64,000 bases of DNA, taken from positions 32,001-96,000 of the IMG/VR virus record IMGVR_UViG_3300049893_000724, one strand, 5' to 3'. The position numbers and the translations under genes are program-made. Below, piece by piece: positions 17,216-27,952 of this stretch. How positions within the stretch are numbered: the first letter of the stretch is position 1; each line of letters opens with the position of its first letter. Source of the stretch: a virus. The notes below the pieces were generated by a model that was given only the letters and a program-made list of their open reading frames with translations, was not told the origin of the DNA and ran no database searches.

Positions 17216-18184
17216 TTACTGACCAATCTGTTTTACCTTGTTGCGAGCCTTGTTCAAAACAGAACCTGCAAGAGGGACATAACCCAGATCATCAGCAAGC
17301 AGTTGTGCCTTACCACTCAACATATAATTAAGAGCAGAACGAACATCATCTGCCTTTGCACCATTACCTTCCTTATAAGCAAGGACCCAAGTTAGCGTCG
17401 TAATAGGATAAGCATTAGGAGCAGAAGGATTAGGATCTTCGCCAGCAAGAGAAACGGGATCAAGTTTGATACCATTAACAGCAGCAAATCCACTTTTGAG
17501 AGTGGGAAGAATATAGTTTCCTGCCTTGTTTTGAAGAGAGGCGGACTGAAGTTGTTTGTTATTCTTCACAAATGCGTGTGAGAGATAACCGATAGAACCA
17601 GGAGTATTCACCAGGGTTCCAGCAACACCTTCATTACCTTTGGCACCAACACCAACTGGCCAGTTGATGGACTTGGCAGCACCTGCAGTCCAACCACCAA
17701 ATGCCTTCAGAGAGTTGGTAAAGGCAAATGTGGTGCCAGAACCATCAGAACGATAAACGACTTTGATGGCACCAGCAGCACAACCAAGTGCTTTCCAATC
17801 CTTGATATCACCTTGGAATACATCAACAACCTGCTTCTGGGTCAGACGCAGTTTGCATCCAGGTTTGTTGTAGGCAACGTCAATCGTACCAGCAGTCATA
17901 GGCAGTTGGACATAACCACGCTTGACTTTGGCACCATCCTTGGCGCTGATAGGTTCATCAGATGCAGCAAAGTCAACAGTTTCTTTGATAAACTGTTTGA
18001 TACCAGCGCCAGAACCAACTGACTGGTAGTTTACACGATTACCAGTGGCAGCAGAGTAATCGGCAAGCCAACGCTGGTAGAGAGGCGCAGGGAAGGTAGC
18101 ACCAGCACCATTCAGAGCGGGTCCTGCAAGTGCAACGGTAGGCATCAGAGCAAGACCAATTGTAGCAATGTGTTTGAGTTTCAT
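17216..18184 (-). CDS. pstS: Phosphate ABC transporter substrate-binding protein
   Basis: GAGATFPAPLY, NYQSVGSGAG, YRSDGSGTT, YPITTLTW. Confidence 0.96.
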   Translation of the reverse strand: MKLKHIATIGLALMPTVALAGPALNGAGATFPAPLYQRWLADYSAATGNRVNYQSVGSGAGIKQFIKETVDFAASDEPISAKDGAKVKRGYVQLPMTAGTIDVAYNKPGCKLRLTQKQVVDVFQGDIKDWKALGCAAGAIKVVYRSDGSGTTFAFTNSLKAFGGWTAGAAKSINWPVGVGAKGNEGVAGTLVNTPGSIGYLSHAFVKNNKQLQSASLQNKAGNYILPTLKSGFAAVNGIKLDPVSLAGEDPNPSAPNAYPITTLTWVLAYKEGNGAKADDVRSALNYMLSGKAQLLADDLGYVPLAGSVLNKARNKVKQIGQ

Positions 18185-18207
18185 TGGAATTAAAAAACTT
18201 CTTAGTA

Positions 18208-18240
18208 ATTGTACTTGATTAAGTTTAAAAGAAAGTTAAA
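18208..18240 (-). promoter_or_regulatory. Pho-box-like repeats and -10 box upstream of pstS
   Basis: TTTAACTT-TCT-TTTAAACT (11-nt period) followed by TACAAT. Confidence 0.5.
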
Positions 18241-18254
18241 TGTCACCAAACACC

Positions 18255-18280
18255 AAAAAAACCTCCCTGAAAGGAGGTTT
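18255..18280 (-). terminator. Intrinsic terminator after the porin gene
   Basis: AAACCTCC-TTTCAG-GGAGGTTT then T-run. Confidence 0.8.
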
Positions 18281-18298
18281 AAAGGTATCAGGATATTA

Positions 18299-19804
18299 TC
18301 AGAAACGGAAAGTCGTCTGAATAACACCACCATAGTTGTCCGAAGCATTCTTCAGACCTTGGTTGTTAGACACATAGAACACAGCAGGAGTTACACTGAT
18401 GTTGTCACTGACCTTGTAACGATAGAATGCTTCCCACATGAGAGCCTTCTTATCATCTGCAAGAGAAGCAGCATTACCAGGAGCGCCGATGGCAAAACCA
18501 GCAGCATTACCCTTGGCAAATACATCACTCCACTGAAGACCTGCCATCCAAGTCTGAGAGTTAGTAGCACCAGTAGGAGTTTGCTTACCAGCAGCATTCA
18601 GACTTACATCAGTCCAACCGTAGGAACCACTCACAGAAGGAATGATACCCGACTTCTTAGGTTGCCAGTATGCATTGATAGCATAGCTACTAGAAGTTTG
18701 TCCAGAAGCAAGAGCAGCAGAACCACCACCAATAGCATTGAAGTTACGAACACGGGTTCCTTCAGTGCCATAGCGGTAACCGAAAGCAATACCATACTGA
18801 GGAGCACGATAACCAACTTGAGCAAGAGTGTTCAGAGCACCAGTCTCATCAAACTGTCCCTTAGAAGAGTTGTCACCACTTTGAGCAACATAGTTCAGAG
18901 CAGCAGTAAGAGCAGGTTTGCCCTTCTTGACTTGTTGAGTCCACTCTACGCCGAAACCAGAACCAGTTGCCTTGTTATAGACACCAGGAGCACCAGCAAC
19001 AGCAAAGAAGTCCAGAATATCAGACTTATATGCGGTGGGCATCCATGCCATTTCAGTGTTACGAACGATAGCACCAGCAGTCAGATTCACACCTTTAGCA
19101 AGTGCTGGAAAACGGTAGTAGAGACGATCCAGTTGCAGTGCATTAGCATAGGTTTCTGCCTTGTCCAGTTTGAACAGGGAAGAAGAGGAACCGAAGGGTT
19201 GACTGGAGAAGTTACCAGTACGCAAACGGGTCTTGAGCAAATCCTTACCAGTAAAGGAAGTATCAAAACTCAGACGGAGATCATAATTGAAGGCAGTATT
19301 GCCAACGTTAGTGTTGTTAGCAAGACGAGCACCTTCTACACCACCCAGAACGAAGGTTGCTTCGCCCTTGAGTTTGGTAGTAGTAGAGAACTGTTGCGCT
19401 TCAAGAGAACCAATCTTCTTATCCAGTTTAGCGATTTGACCACGAAGAACAGTAAGTTCCTTAGCAAAATCGTTAGCAAGACGATTAAGTTCATCAGTGT
19501 TTTCGGTTACACGCTCAAGACAGGAGTTCAGCAGTGCTGCTGCCTCAAAACGAGTCAGAGTTTGACCACCAGCAAACTTGCTGTCAGTCATACCAGCGAT
19601 GCAACCATACTTTTCGATAAGATTGCCCAGGGCTTGATATGCCCAATCACCAGGCTTAACATCTGTAAATTGTGTGACGCTTGTAGCCTGTTCCGAAGAA
19701 GTGTATTGGTTGACTGCTGCCATATTAAGGTCTGCCGCATTCGCAGCAACAGGAGCAACCATTCCCAGAGCAACAGGTGCAAGCATCAGTTGTTTGAGTT
19801 TCAT
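18299..19804 (-). CDS. Cyanobacterial outer-membrane porin (SLH + OprB-type barrel, SomA/B-like)
   Basis: Signal peptide, SLH motif FTDVKPGDWAYQAL...TRFEAAALL, coiled coil, FSTTTKLKGE, C-terminal TTFRF. Confidence 0.92.
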   Translation of the reverse strand: MKLKQLMLAPVALGMVAPVAANAADLNMAAVNQYTSSEQATSVTQFTDVKPGDWAYQALGNLIEKYGCIAGMTDSKFAGGQTLTRFEAAALLNSCLERVTENTDELNRLANDFAKELTVLRGQIAKLDKKIGSLEAQQFSTTTKLKGEATFVLGGVEGARLANNTNVGNTAFNYDLRLSFDTSFTGKDLLKTRLRTGNFSSQPFGSSSSLFKLDKAETYANALQLDRLYYRFPALAKGVNLTAGAIVRNTEMAWMPTAYKSDILDFFAVAGAPGVYNKATGSGFGVEWTQQVKKGKPALTAALNYVAQSGDNSSKGQFDETGALNTLAQVGYRAPQYGIAFGYRYGTEGTRVRNFNAIGGGSAALASGQTSSSYAINAYWQPKKSGIIPSVSGSYGWTDVSLNAAGKQTPTGATNSQTWMAGLQWSDVFAKGNAAGFAIGAPGNAASLADDKKALMWEAFYRYKVSDNISVTPAVFYVSNNQGLKNASDNYGGVIQTTFRF

Positions 19805-19961
19805 AAAAGTTTGTTTTTAGTACTAAACGACATTGTACTTCAGGGTTAAATAAACCCCTTGTATTATGGGTCACATATAGACGCGAGTAGTTGGGGCGTC
19901 TTCTATGCGGGAGTATTTAGAGGTACTTAATCAAATCTTAAAAGACTATTAAGTTAACGGT

Positions 19962-20007
19962 ATCATAGCATAACCATATAAGATGTGTCAATTAAGAGAC
20001 GGTTAAG
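19962..20007 (-). promoter_or_regulatory. Porin promoter with adjacent Pho-box-like repeat
   Basis: CTTAACCG-TCT-CTTAATTG (11-nt period) overlapping TTGACA (19991-19986), 18 nt, TATGAT (19967-19962). Confidence 0.5.
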
Positions 20008-20818
20008 AATTTTCTTGTTGTTGGTGCATTGAATTTTCAGTTACCCGACCAAGATATGGATCATAATTCATATAATCTTTGATATCAATGGTTGCTCCAT
20101 TCTGTTCCCAAAACTGAGACTGTGCCTGATAATTTCCCTTATGAAAAGCATCTACGTGCTCTGGGTGAATACTAGATCCAAGCTCTGTTCTATAGAGAAG
20201 AAGAGGAATAGAATAAGTATTACCAGAATTATAAATCAGATCATCAGCGACTGGACGTGGTTTTACACCATTATCAAGTTTATATTTTTCTCCTCTTACG
20301 TGATGCTTTAGAAGTTTTTCGGCATGATGACGATTAATTAGATAGCAAGCCGTTGAGAAATCATTTACAAATCTTTTGTGAAGTTTAACGTGAATATCTC
20401 CGGTACAAATAATAGCAATCTGTACGATATCCCAGTCATAAGGAATGTTTGCATAAAAATCTTGCCAAGAAAAATTCCAATACCTGACTAAATCTAAACT
20501 GCAATCATCCTCCATCATAATCGCATATTGACTATCAGAAGTTTCATACCAATGTTTGATTGCTTTAAGATGAGAAGTAATACATCCAATCTCACCAGAA
20601 GTCATCATCTCAGGATAACGTCCAGTAAGAATATCACTTAGGTCATCTTCACGACCATCATATGCAGAAATGCGTGTGTAATTTTCTATCTCCCAGTATT
20701 TGAACTGGGATTCCATATACTCTTTTCTATCAGGTTGACCATCAAGATTCAAATAATAAATTGGACCGATACCTTTTAGTTTATATGCTGACTTATTTTT
20801 ATCATTAAGATCAAACAT
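20003..20818 (-). CDS. Glycosyltransferase family 25
   Basis: YYLNLD..PDRK, GEIGCITSH, IMMEDD, STACYLIN. Confidence 0.85.
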   Translation of the reverse strand: MFDLNDKNKSAYKLKGIGPIYYLNLDGQPDRKEYMESQFKYWEIENYTRISAYDGREDDLSDILTGRYPEMMTSGEIGCITSHLKAIKHWYETSDSQYAIMMEDDCSLDLVRYWNFSWQDFYANIPYDWDIVQIAIICTGDIHVKLHKRFVNDFSTACYLINRHHAEKLLKHHVRGEKYKLDNGVKPRPVADDLIYNSGNTYSIPLLLYRTELGSSIHPEHVDAFHKGNYQAQSQFWEQNGATIDIKDYMNYDPYLGRVTENSMHQQQENS

Positions 20819-21530
20819 GATATTTTGAATTGTTTTTCGCTAAGTGTACTATCTTTGGTTCAAAATTGCAATACGTTTCAAAAATTTCTGGATATGCAAA
20901 AGATGGTCCTAATAAATGAACGTTATCTTTGTTTTGAATAAAAAATTTATTTAAGTGGCTTTCATCGTGCCAAACTGCAATTACATTATCATCCAAATCT
21001 TTTTTAACTCTATCTTGCAACTCATTAATCATATCAAGAACTGCAGGAACCTTTCCTCCCCATAAGCATCCTTGATAATAAACAGAAGTGTCATCAGTAT
21101 CAGTTACACAAGCTCTTGAAAGTGGGTTGATTTCAAATGCACCTGGTAGTTGATCGTGAGGTGGCATTTGGAGATAATGGCAAGGATGATGCACTCCAAA
21201 GAGAGACTTTGTGCTATCAAAGAAGTCTTCTTCCGTAATCGTATTAACTACTAAAGCATCAGCATCAATAAAAACAAACCAGTCGTTTTGTGAGATGATG
21301 TCTTTTGCTTTTTGAATGATTTCAAAACGAGTTAGAGTAATATAAGGCCACTCCAAATGTTCTTGATAATATGGAATTAAATTATCTGGAGTCTCATTTA
21401 ACTCTCCGTCAGTAAAAACTAAAATAGTTTTTTCTGCATTTGGCAAAAAATACTTTTCAAGGTTCTCATAATAGTTTGGAAGAAAGTTTAAATATTCTCC
21501 CGTGCCTATAAAACAAATAGCAACTTTCAT
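20811..21530 (-). CDS. Glycosyltransferase family 6 (ABO-like)
   Basis: FIGTGEY, YYQGCLWGG, VWHDESHLNK. Confidence 0.88.
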   Translation of the reverse strand: MKVAICFIGTGEYLNFLPNYYENLEKYFLPNAEKTILVFTDGELNETPDNLIPYYQEHLEWPYITLTRFEIIQKAKDIISQNDWFVFIDADALVVNTITEEDFFDSTKSLFGVHHPCHYLQMPPHDQLPGAFEINPLSRACVTDTDDTSVYYQGCLWGGKVPAVLDMINELQDRVKKDLDDNVIAVWHDESHLNKFFIQNKDNVHLLGPSFAYPEIFETYCNFEPKIVHLAKNNSKYHV

Positions 21531-22321
21531 CAAATAACCATCCAATCTTCAGGAATTATGTCTTTAGTATCTAGGTGTTCATTATTTGAACCTTTAAACC
21601 AGTCTTTGGGAGAAACTACTTTTTCTTGTTCGGATAACCATGCTCCCCACCAACTAAAAGAACTGTTAGCAATAATATGTTTAGAACAGAGAGTCATTAA
21701 ACAAAGGTCAACATAATTTGAATTTCCTTCAGCAATCAAAAATCGATCTTCAGAAAAAATTTCTTGCTGATTACACCACTCTGGATCATCAGAAAAAACT
21801 AGAACTGTTGAGGTCTCATCAAACTCTTTCAATGCTTTTTTGTAATAATCAAGTTCAAGAGCAGTGTGATTTGGATTAGTGACATAATCTGTCCTACGAA
21901 TGTGTAATGAAATGGGTGAGTCTAGTTCAGATAACATTTCATTACAAGGTTCAAAAATTTCATCTTTGAAAGAAAAATCTCCTTTGATTTCATCTTTGAT
22001 ATGTTTGAAGTACTTTTCTGTTTGAAAATACCCTTGAATAGAAACCCAGTCTGGACATCCATTAAACAGTTTTTCGTCAAAAGAAAAACCACCTTCTACC
22101 ACTGTAGGGCGATCAACATCAATAAACTGAACGTTTAACTGAGTTGTATTAGAAAGTTTAAACGGATTGAATAATTGATGATCAGTCCATTCATTTTGAT
22201 TTTTTGTTGGTGGAATACAATACTCATATCCATTATTCCTAGCAATTCCTTTAAGAGAGGCAAATTGAAACATTTGGTTTCCAAGTCTACCAAATTGACC
22301 TAATGCATTAAAACCAATCAT
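21530..22321 (-). CDS. Alpha-1,2-fucosyltransferase (GT11)
   Basis: GRLGNQMFQ, GYFQTEKYF, HIRRTDY, ANSSFSWWGAWL. Confidence 0.92.
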   Translation of the reverse strand: MIGFNALGQFGRLGNQMFQFASLKGIARNNGYEYCIPPTKNQNEWTDHQLFNPFKLSNTTQLNVQFIDVDRPTVVEGGFSFDEKLFNGCPDWVSIQGYFQTEKYFKHIKDEIKGDFSFKDEIFEPCNEMLSELDSPISLHIRRTDYVTNPNHTALELDYYKKALKEFDETSTVLVFSDDPEWCNQQEIFSEDRFLIAEGNSNYVDLCLMTLCSKHIIANSSFSWWGAWLSEQEKVVSPKDWFKGSNNEHLDTKDIIPEDWMVI

Positions 22322-23262
22322 AACGCAATCACCTTTTCAACATTTGGTAGATAATAATTTTGAATGATATTTACCCAATCAAACTCTTTAGAATACTCTA
22401 AAATTTCTTTTCTGTTTTGTACAGAATAATTTCTATTCTCTATAATTTTTTCTTCAACGTATGAAATGTCCTCTACCTTGTCTTCAGGAATGATTGTAAT
22501 AAATTCCTTCGACTGATCTAAGTTTGCCTTTCCCCATTCAGTAACAACAACGCCAAGTCCTGCAGATAGAGCCTCCATACACACCAGAGGATGTGCTTCA
22601 CCATCGCTTAGTAGAACAAGATTTCCATATTCAGTTAACTGGTCGTGCAAAGTTGGTTTATCCCATTCACCAAGATAATTTTTAGAAGTATTAAACCTAC
22701 TGTCTGCATTATTACCAGCAAACCAAAGACTATCAATACTTTGGAACATATGCTGCCGTTTTCTATAATCTATCTTTGCAAGATAAATTGATCGATCAGG
22801 ATAAGCGGGAGTTTCAGAGTATCTAAATGCTTCGCAGTTAACTCCATTAGGAGTAACAAAAAGTTTTTCCTCTGGAATGTTCATCAAAATTTTATAGATG
22901 TTCTTAATCCCATCAGATAAACAAAAAATATTTGGTTTGATCTGAGCAAATGCATTGGCAATATTTGCATATCCACCGAACATTTCTGGTCTTTCCAAAT
23001 ACCCGAAGTGACTTGTAATTACTTTTGGATATTGAATGTATGGATAGACACCTATAAATTCGTCATAATGTACGTGTACAAAGTCAGGTCTAAATGCATT
23101 TATCTCATTAATGATTTGATTAGGATCTCTGGTGTTTACAATTTGAACTTCGTGTCCCAATTTTTTCAGAGCATTTCTAGTATCCCAAATTAGAATTTCA
23201 ACTGCCCCCCAGCCCGTAGGAGGAATTGGCATAATTCCAGGACCAACTAAAGTAATTTTCAT
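22318..23262 (-). CDS. GT-B glycosyltransferase (GT4-like)
   Basis: IPPTGWGAVE, VTPNGV, EAHPLVCMEAL. Confidence 0.8.
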   Translation of the reverse strand: MKITLVGPGIMPIPPTGWGAVEILIWDTRNALKKLGHEVQIVNTRDPNQIINEINAFRPDFVHVHYDEFIGVYPYIQYPKVITSHFGYLERPEMFGGYANIANAFAQIKPNIFCLSDGIKNIYKILMNIPEEKLFVTPNGVNCEAFRYSETPAYPDRSIYLAKIDYRKRQHMFQSIDSLWFAGNNADSRFNTSKNYLGEWDKPTLHDQLTEYGNLVLLSDGEAHPLVCMEALSAGLGVVVTEWGKANLDQSKEFITIIPEDKVEDISYVEEKIIENRNYSVQNRKEILEYSKEFDWVNIIQNYYLPNVEKVIAL

Positions 23263-24068
23263 CGCTTACCCAACTCCTCAAACAAAGCAGCGTGTTTACC
23301 ATTATAACGCTCATAGACCTCATAATCATTGGAATATAATTTTACAAGATAACCTAGAGCAATTTGTTCATTATTTACAAAGTTCTCTGCAATCATTTTA
23401 TTCAAGAAAATATCTTCAATGTCTGTTGCAACTTTTTTAAGAGACTCTACACCTCCACCAAACATCGATCCAAGAACATAAGATCTATTATCAAGAAGAT
23501 AACTCTTTGGAAGAATAGATGCATTCGCAAGATCTTTGTAATATTCCATATTCATTTGAACAAGGAATTTATCTCCCATCTGGTTCAGAGCTTCTATTGC
23601 GTTTGGACTTGGATAAGGAAGGTCCAAATCATAGTCATCAAAAAATCTAGATCCGCCAGCATCAACCCAAAAGAAGAATTTACTATCAAATGGATTTTTT
23701 TCTGCAGCAGTTGTTAACCACTTGAATTTGGAGTATTGAATTATGGAATACATTGAGTGCTGGCACTCAATTCTATTTGGATCGGAAATTTTGGTTTTAT
23801 ACTCATCCGAAGAAATAATTCCATCAATCTGTTCCTTGAGGTGATAATAAGGAATGTCATCGATAGTTTGTACAATCACTTCTGTTGGAAGATCCCCTCT
23901 CTTCTCTAAAATAAATGATTCAAGATCCTCAGTAACGAAGAAGATCATAGGGCATTTTAATTTAAGGGTGATTTCAAACCAATCAAGATATTCTTGCCAG
24001 GTTCTTCCATCCATCCCTTCTCTTTTAATATTAAAAAGAGCGGATACAATGGTAAAATCTTTATTCAT
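23259..24068 (-). CDS. HtrL/WlaTC-like putative glycosyltransferase
   Basis: TIVSALFNI, YSIIQYSKF, NPFDSKFFFWVDAG, NNEQIAL. Confidence 0.7.
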   Translation of the reverse strand: MNKDFTIVSALFNIKREGMDGRTWQEYLDWFEITLKLKCPMIFFVTEDLESFILEKRGDLPTEVIVQTIDDIPYYHLKEQIDGIISSDEYKTKISDPNRIECQHSMYSIIQYSKFKWLTTAAEKNPFDSKFFFWVDAGGSRFFDDYDLDLPYPSPNAIEALNQMGDKFLVQMNMEYYKDLANASILPKSYLLDNRSYVLGSMFGGGVESLKKVATDIEDIFLNKMIAENFVNNEQIALGYLVKLYSNDYEVYERYNGKHAALFEELGKR

Positions 24069-24795
24069 AATATTCTCTAAATTGATGAACTAATGGATTT
24101 GGTTTTGATTTCCAATCCGAATCTCTTGAACACTCTATAATTTCTGGATTAAAAACTTCTTCTTCTCCAACTAAAGCAAATAAAGTTGGGAGAAGTAAAT
24201 CGTGAGCGTACATAGCATAATATTCCATTGATAATCTATCAATGATATCTGGATTAGATTTTAGCACAGATAAACCTTTTAGGAAAGTTTTCACTTCAAA
24301 AATTCCAGGAGTTGCTCCCCAACAATCAATAACCTTCGCTCCCTCTATAGAAGATAAAACTTCTTTAAATCCAGGAAAAAGACCTTGATTAATTCTAGAT
24401 CCTAAAAGTTTTGCTGTCTTTGGTATTGTCAATTTTCCTCTTACTAAGGCATCAGGATCCAACATTAAAATATAATCAGTTTTGCAATAATCAATTGCCT
24501 TTTCCAATCTATTCAACGTAGCCCATGCACCACTTATAATTGCTTTTTGATTTTCTTCTTCTCTAAAGTTTCCGGTGATTAAATCTCCAGTAATGTGTTT
24601 TGTCGCTGAGATAGTATCTTCTTCCAAAGAAGTAGTAAGATTTTCATATTCTTTTTGAAGATATGAAAAATCCATTCCACCATCAGAAACCAAATATATT
24701 GGATTATCTGGATATATTTCTCTCAATTTTTTAATAGAATATTCTACTGCTCTTTTTTCATTATAGCAGGTATAAAAAAATCCAAGACTAGACAT
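24061..24795 (-). CDS. Putative GT-A glycosyltransferase
   Basis: IYLVSDGG, YILMLDPD. Confidence 0.65.
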   Translation of the reverse strand: MSSLGFFYTCYNEKRAVEYSIKKLREIYPDNPIYLVSDGGMDFSYLQKEYENLTTSLEEDTISATKHITGDLITGNFREEENQKAIISGAWATLNRLEKAIDYCKTDYILMLDPDALVRGKLTIPKTAKLLGSRINQGLFPGFKEVLSSIEGAKVIDCWGATPGIFEVKTFLKGLSVLKSNPDIIDRLSMEYYAMYAHDLLLPTLFALVGEEEVFNPEIIECSRDSDWKSKPNPLVHQFREYYE

Positions 24796-24796
24796 A

Positions 24797-25768
24797 TTAT
24801 AAGATCGAAATCAAACTATGTATTCTGTTTATATACGTATGATTTTCTTTTACAAATTTCATACCACTCTTTATTAAGGTATAATTACTTCTATTTTCCA
24901 TACCATCATAGAAGAGTTGTTCAGTGTTATCATTAAAAATACAATTTCCATCCAGTTCTTCATAGACTGATGGAGAATTTGTTAGTCCCAAATGACCGTA
25001 ACTTATGTTTTTAAAAACTCTACACGTTAACAATCCCTGTTTTAAATGTTGGGGACCTCTAATGTCTATACCAAGTATTGATTTTTTTGTTCTGGCAATT
25101 ACTTCATCAGTTGATAATGGATTAGACCAGGGATCATTATGTTTAAAATCAATATTGTTTTTTCGACAAGCATCTATAAAGGGAACAAAGTTTGAATAAT
25201 TTTCACAAACTCCACTTGGAGATATTGTACCAGAATAATAAATTAAATTCTCTCTTTCCAAATAGATATCATTCTCATCAAATTCTTCTGGAAGAAGATT
25301 GGTTGCCCAACTAATATAAACCTTATCATAATCATCCATTTCATAGTCAACATAATCGTTAACTACTCTGACTTTTTGATTTGTCTTTGGTACAAAATAA
25401 CACGCTGGGCCCAACTTGGTTGAGTTTTGTTTATCTACAGAATACTCTTGAATATGATCTTTAAAATTAACAGCAGTCATTCTAACATCAACATATCTTT
25501 CAGCATTCTGATATTTGATGGGAGAAGGGCAATACATTATATAATAACAACTTGTATCATTGATTGGTATATTCTTATCGGCAAATCCCTCCCCAATAAA
25601 CAAACAATTAGTATAATCAAAATCTAATGGATAATCATCATCGTGAAACCAATATACATCATATCCAAGATGCTTAAACGTTTTATAGTAAGATTCGTGA
25701 ACATATGAATGCGTATGGGAATATAGAGGATGTCCCCAAATTATTACTTTTGAATATTTCATTTGCAA
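24797..25768 (-). CDS. Putative glycosyltransferase (GT-B-like C-terminus)
   Basis: HTHSYVH, CRVFKNISYG, HTYINRI. Confidence 0.6.
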   Translation of the reverse strand: MQMKYSKVIIWGHPLYSHTHSYVHESYYKTFKHLGYDVYWFHDDDYPLDFDYTNCLFIGEGFADKNIPINDTSCYYIMYCPSPIKYQNAERYVDVRMTAVNFKDHIQEYSVDKQNSTKLGPACYFVPKTNQKVRVVNDYVDYEMDDYDKVYISWATNLLPEEFDENDIYLERENLIYYSGTISPSGVCENYSNFVPFIDACRKNNIDFKHNDPWSNPLSTDEVIARTKKSILGIDIRGPQHLKQGLLTCRVFKNISYGHLGLTNSPSVYEELDGNCIFNDNTEQLFYDGMENRSNYTLIKSGMKFVKENHTYINRIHSLISIL

Positions 25769-26694
25769 GAGTCGTAATAAGTATGTTCAGTAAACCACTG
25801 ATAAGTTTTAGCAAGACCAGATGCAAGACTGTGATTGGGTTTCCATCCCAAACTAATCATTTTTGAATAATCTAAAGGTCTATTGGGAGTTCCGTTCGGT
25901 CTAGATGTATCCCATTCAATTTCCCCAGTATATCCTACAACAGATGCAACAGTTTCTGCAAGTTCCTTAATACTCACATTATACCCAGATCCAACGTTAA
26001 TTAGCTCTGCATTTTCAAATTTGTCCATAGCAAAAAGACAAGCATCTGCCAAATCATCAGAATATAAAAATTCTCTCATTGGGGTTCCATCACCCCAGAA
26101 AGTTACAGTCTTTCCATTTGAATTATTAAACTTAGTCATCATAGCAGGAATGACGTGTCCGTTTTCGGGGTGAAAATTATCACCAGGACCATATAGATTA
26201 GAGGGCATTAAAGAGACACTTTTGAACCCATATTGTTTACGATATGCCTGAAGCATTTTGATTCCAGAAATCTTTGCAATAGCATATGCATCATTTGTTG
26301 GTTCAAGAAAACCCGTCAATAAAGATTCTTCCTTTACAGGAACCTCAGCAAACTTTGGATAGATGCAAACTGATCCTAGAAACAAAAACTTTTTAACTCC
26401 GTGCTTCCAAGAATTATGAATTAGATTTGTTTGAATTAAAATGTTTTCATAAATGAAATCTGCAGAATAAGTGTCATTTGCATAGATTCCACCAACGCGA
26501 GCAGCTGCATCAAAAACATATTCAGGTCTTTCAGTATTAAAAAAATCTTCTACATCATTTTGATTTAAAAGGTTTAATTCCTGACGAGTCTTTGTAATTA
26601 TATTTGTATATCCTCTTTCAATCAATGTTCTCACAATAGCAGAACCAACTAGACCTCGGTGTCCTGCGACAAATATTTTAGAGTCTTGTTTCAT
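25759..26694 (-). CDS. fcl: GDP-L-fucose synthase
   Basis: VAGHRGLVGSA, FLGSVCIYPK, YAIAK, MPSNLYGPGDNF. Confidence 0.95.
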   Translation of the reverse strand: MKQDSKIFVAGHRGLVGSAIVRTLIERGYTNIITKTRQELNLLNQNDVEDFFNTERPEYVFDAAARVGGIYANDTYSADFIYENILIQTNLIHNSWKHGVKKFLFLGSVCIYPKFAEVPVKEESLLTGFLEPTNDAYAIAKISGIKMLQAYRKQYGFKSVSLMPSNLYGPGDNFHPENGHVIPAMMTKFNNSNGKTVTFWGDGTPMREFLYSDDLADACLFAMDKFENAELINVGSGYNVSIKELAETVASVVGYTGEIEWDTSRPNGTPNRPLDYSKMISLGWKPNHSLASGLAKTYQWFTEHTYYDSCK

Positions 26695-26701
26695 AATAAA
26701 A

Positions 26702-27952
26702 TTAAGGAATTACAACTTCTGGATTTGGTAGGGGAAATACTAGCGTTTTTCCTTTGAACTTAGGACTATTAACAAAGAAATTTTTAAAGTGCCACGGTAG
26801 AATTACGAACACGTCACAGGCATCGATTACAGAATCTTCTGCTTGAATAGGAATCCAAGTGCCTGGAGTAAAGGAACCATCTTTATCTGGATTAACGTCA
26901 CCCACGACTTGAATATCATTTGGAGTAACGTTCCAAGTTTGTAGGGTAACATTTCCTTTCGTGCTTGCTCCAAGAGCTGCTACCTTTAGTCCTTGATCTT
27001 TAAACTGACTGATCAACTTCCAAAATTCTAACTTACATTGTTCAATACGGAAAGAAAAATCTTTCCAAGGTTCAAGAGTATCTAACTTAAGATCTAGTTC
27101 TTCTTGTATAAGATCGTTAACTCTTTCTGTTGCTTCTTGATACTTACTTTCTTTATTTGCAACGACTAGAGAAATACTACCACCATTCACCTCATTGAAT
27201 TCAAAGTCAATAATTTTAAAGTTAGAACGATCCATAATATACTTCAACTGCCTCATTCCATAATAAGACAGGTGTTCGTGACATACAGTATCAAAAGAAT
27301 TTACCCGAAGCATCTCAGGCATATAACTTTGTTCTAGAACCCAAATTCCATCTTCAGGATCCAATACAGAGTTTACTTCGCGTGCAAACTGACAAGGATC
27401 TTCAAGATCATAAAACATTGAGAATGATGTAATTAGTTTTGCTTTTTCATTCCCAAAACAAGACTTATATGTCTGCTCACTAAAAAAGTCTGGAATATAA
27501 TCTACGTGCTCTTTATAATATTTGGAAAACTTTTTGGAGGTTGGATCAATGCTCACCAACTTTAGATGTGGGGGAAAGAATCCAAGAAAAGTACCGTCAT
27601 TACCTGCAATATCAATTACAAGATCCTTTTCTTTCAAGTCAAGAAAACTTGCAATCTTTTCATACTTTCCTTGGAGATGTTTAACCATACTGGCATTCAG
27701 TCCAGATCGATACCCATACTCCTGACCATACATTGTAGGGAGATCAAAAGTATGCTCTAACTGAACGTGGCCACACCCACCAGTCTCTTCATTACACTTC
27801 ACAAGTGTAAGCGGACCTCTATACATTCCAGTATCGACAGTTTTAGGAAAAATTCCTGACAGATATTGATTTCCTAAATCTAAAACTGTAACGAGATGAT
27901 CATTGCCACAGATTCTACATTTTTCAATTTTATGAAACATATCAGTGCTCAT
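26702..27952 (-). CDS. NDP-hexose C-methyltransferase-like protein
   Basis: CRICG zinc site, [31 protein letters not shown]. Confidence 0.85.
   Translation of the reverse strand: MSTDMFHKIEKCRICGNDHLVTVLDLGNQYLSGIFPKTVDTGMYRGPLTLVKCNEETGGCGHVQLEHTFDLPTMYGQEYGYRSGLNASMVKHLQGKYEKIASFLDLKEKDLVIDIAGNDGTFLGFFPPHLKLVSIDPTSKKFSKYYKEHVDYIPDFFSEQTYKSCFGNEKAKLITSFSMFYDLEDPCQFAREVNSVLDPEDGIWVLEQSYMPEMLRVNSFDTVCHEHLSYYGMRQLKYIMDRSNFKIIDFEFNEVNGGSISLVVANKESKYQEATERVNDLIQEELDLKLDTLEPWKDFSFRIEQCKLEFWKLISQFKDQGLKVAALGASTKGNVTLQTWNVTPNDIQVVGDVNPDKDGSFTPGTWIPIQAEDSVIDACDVFVILPWHFKNFFVNSPKFKGKTLVFPLPNPEVVIP

Noticed and set aside
18209-19849. 546-aa plus-strand ORF
   Set aside because: It is the antisense shadow of the porin gene; Ser/Thr-rich with no recognisable motifs, as expected from host-like codon bias on the other strand.
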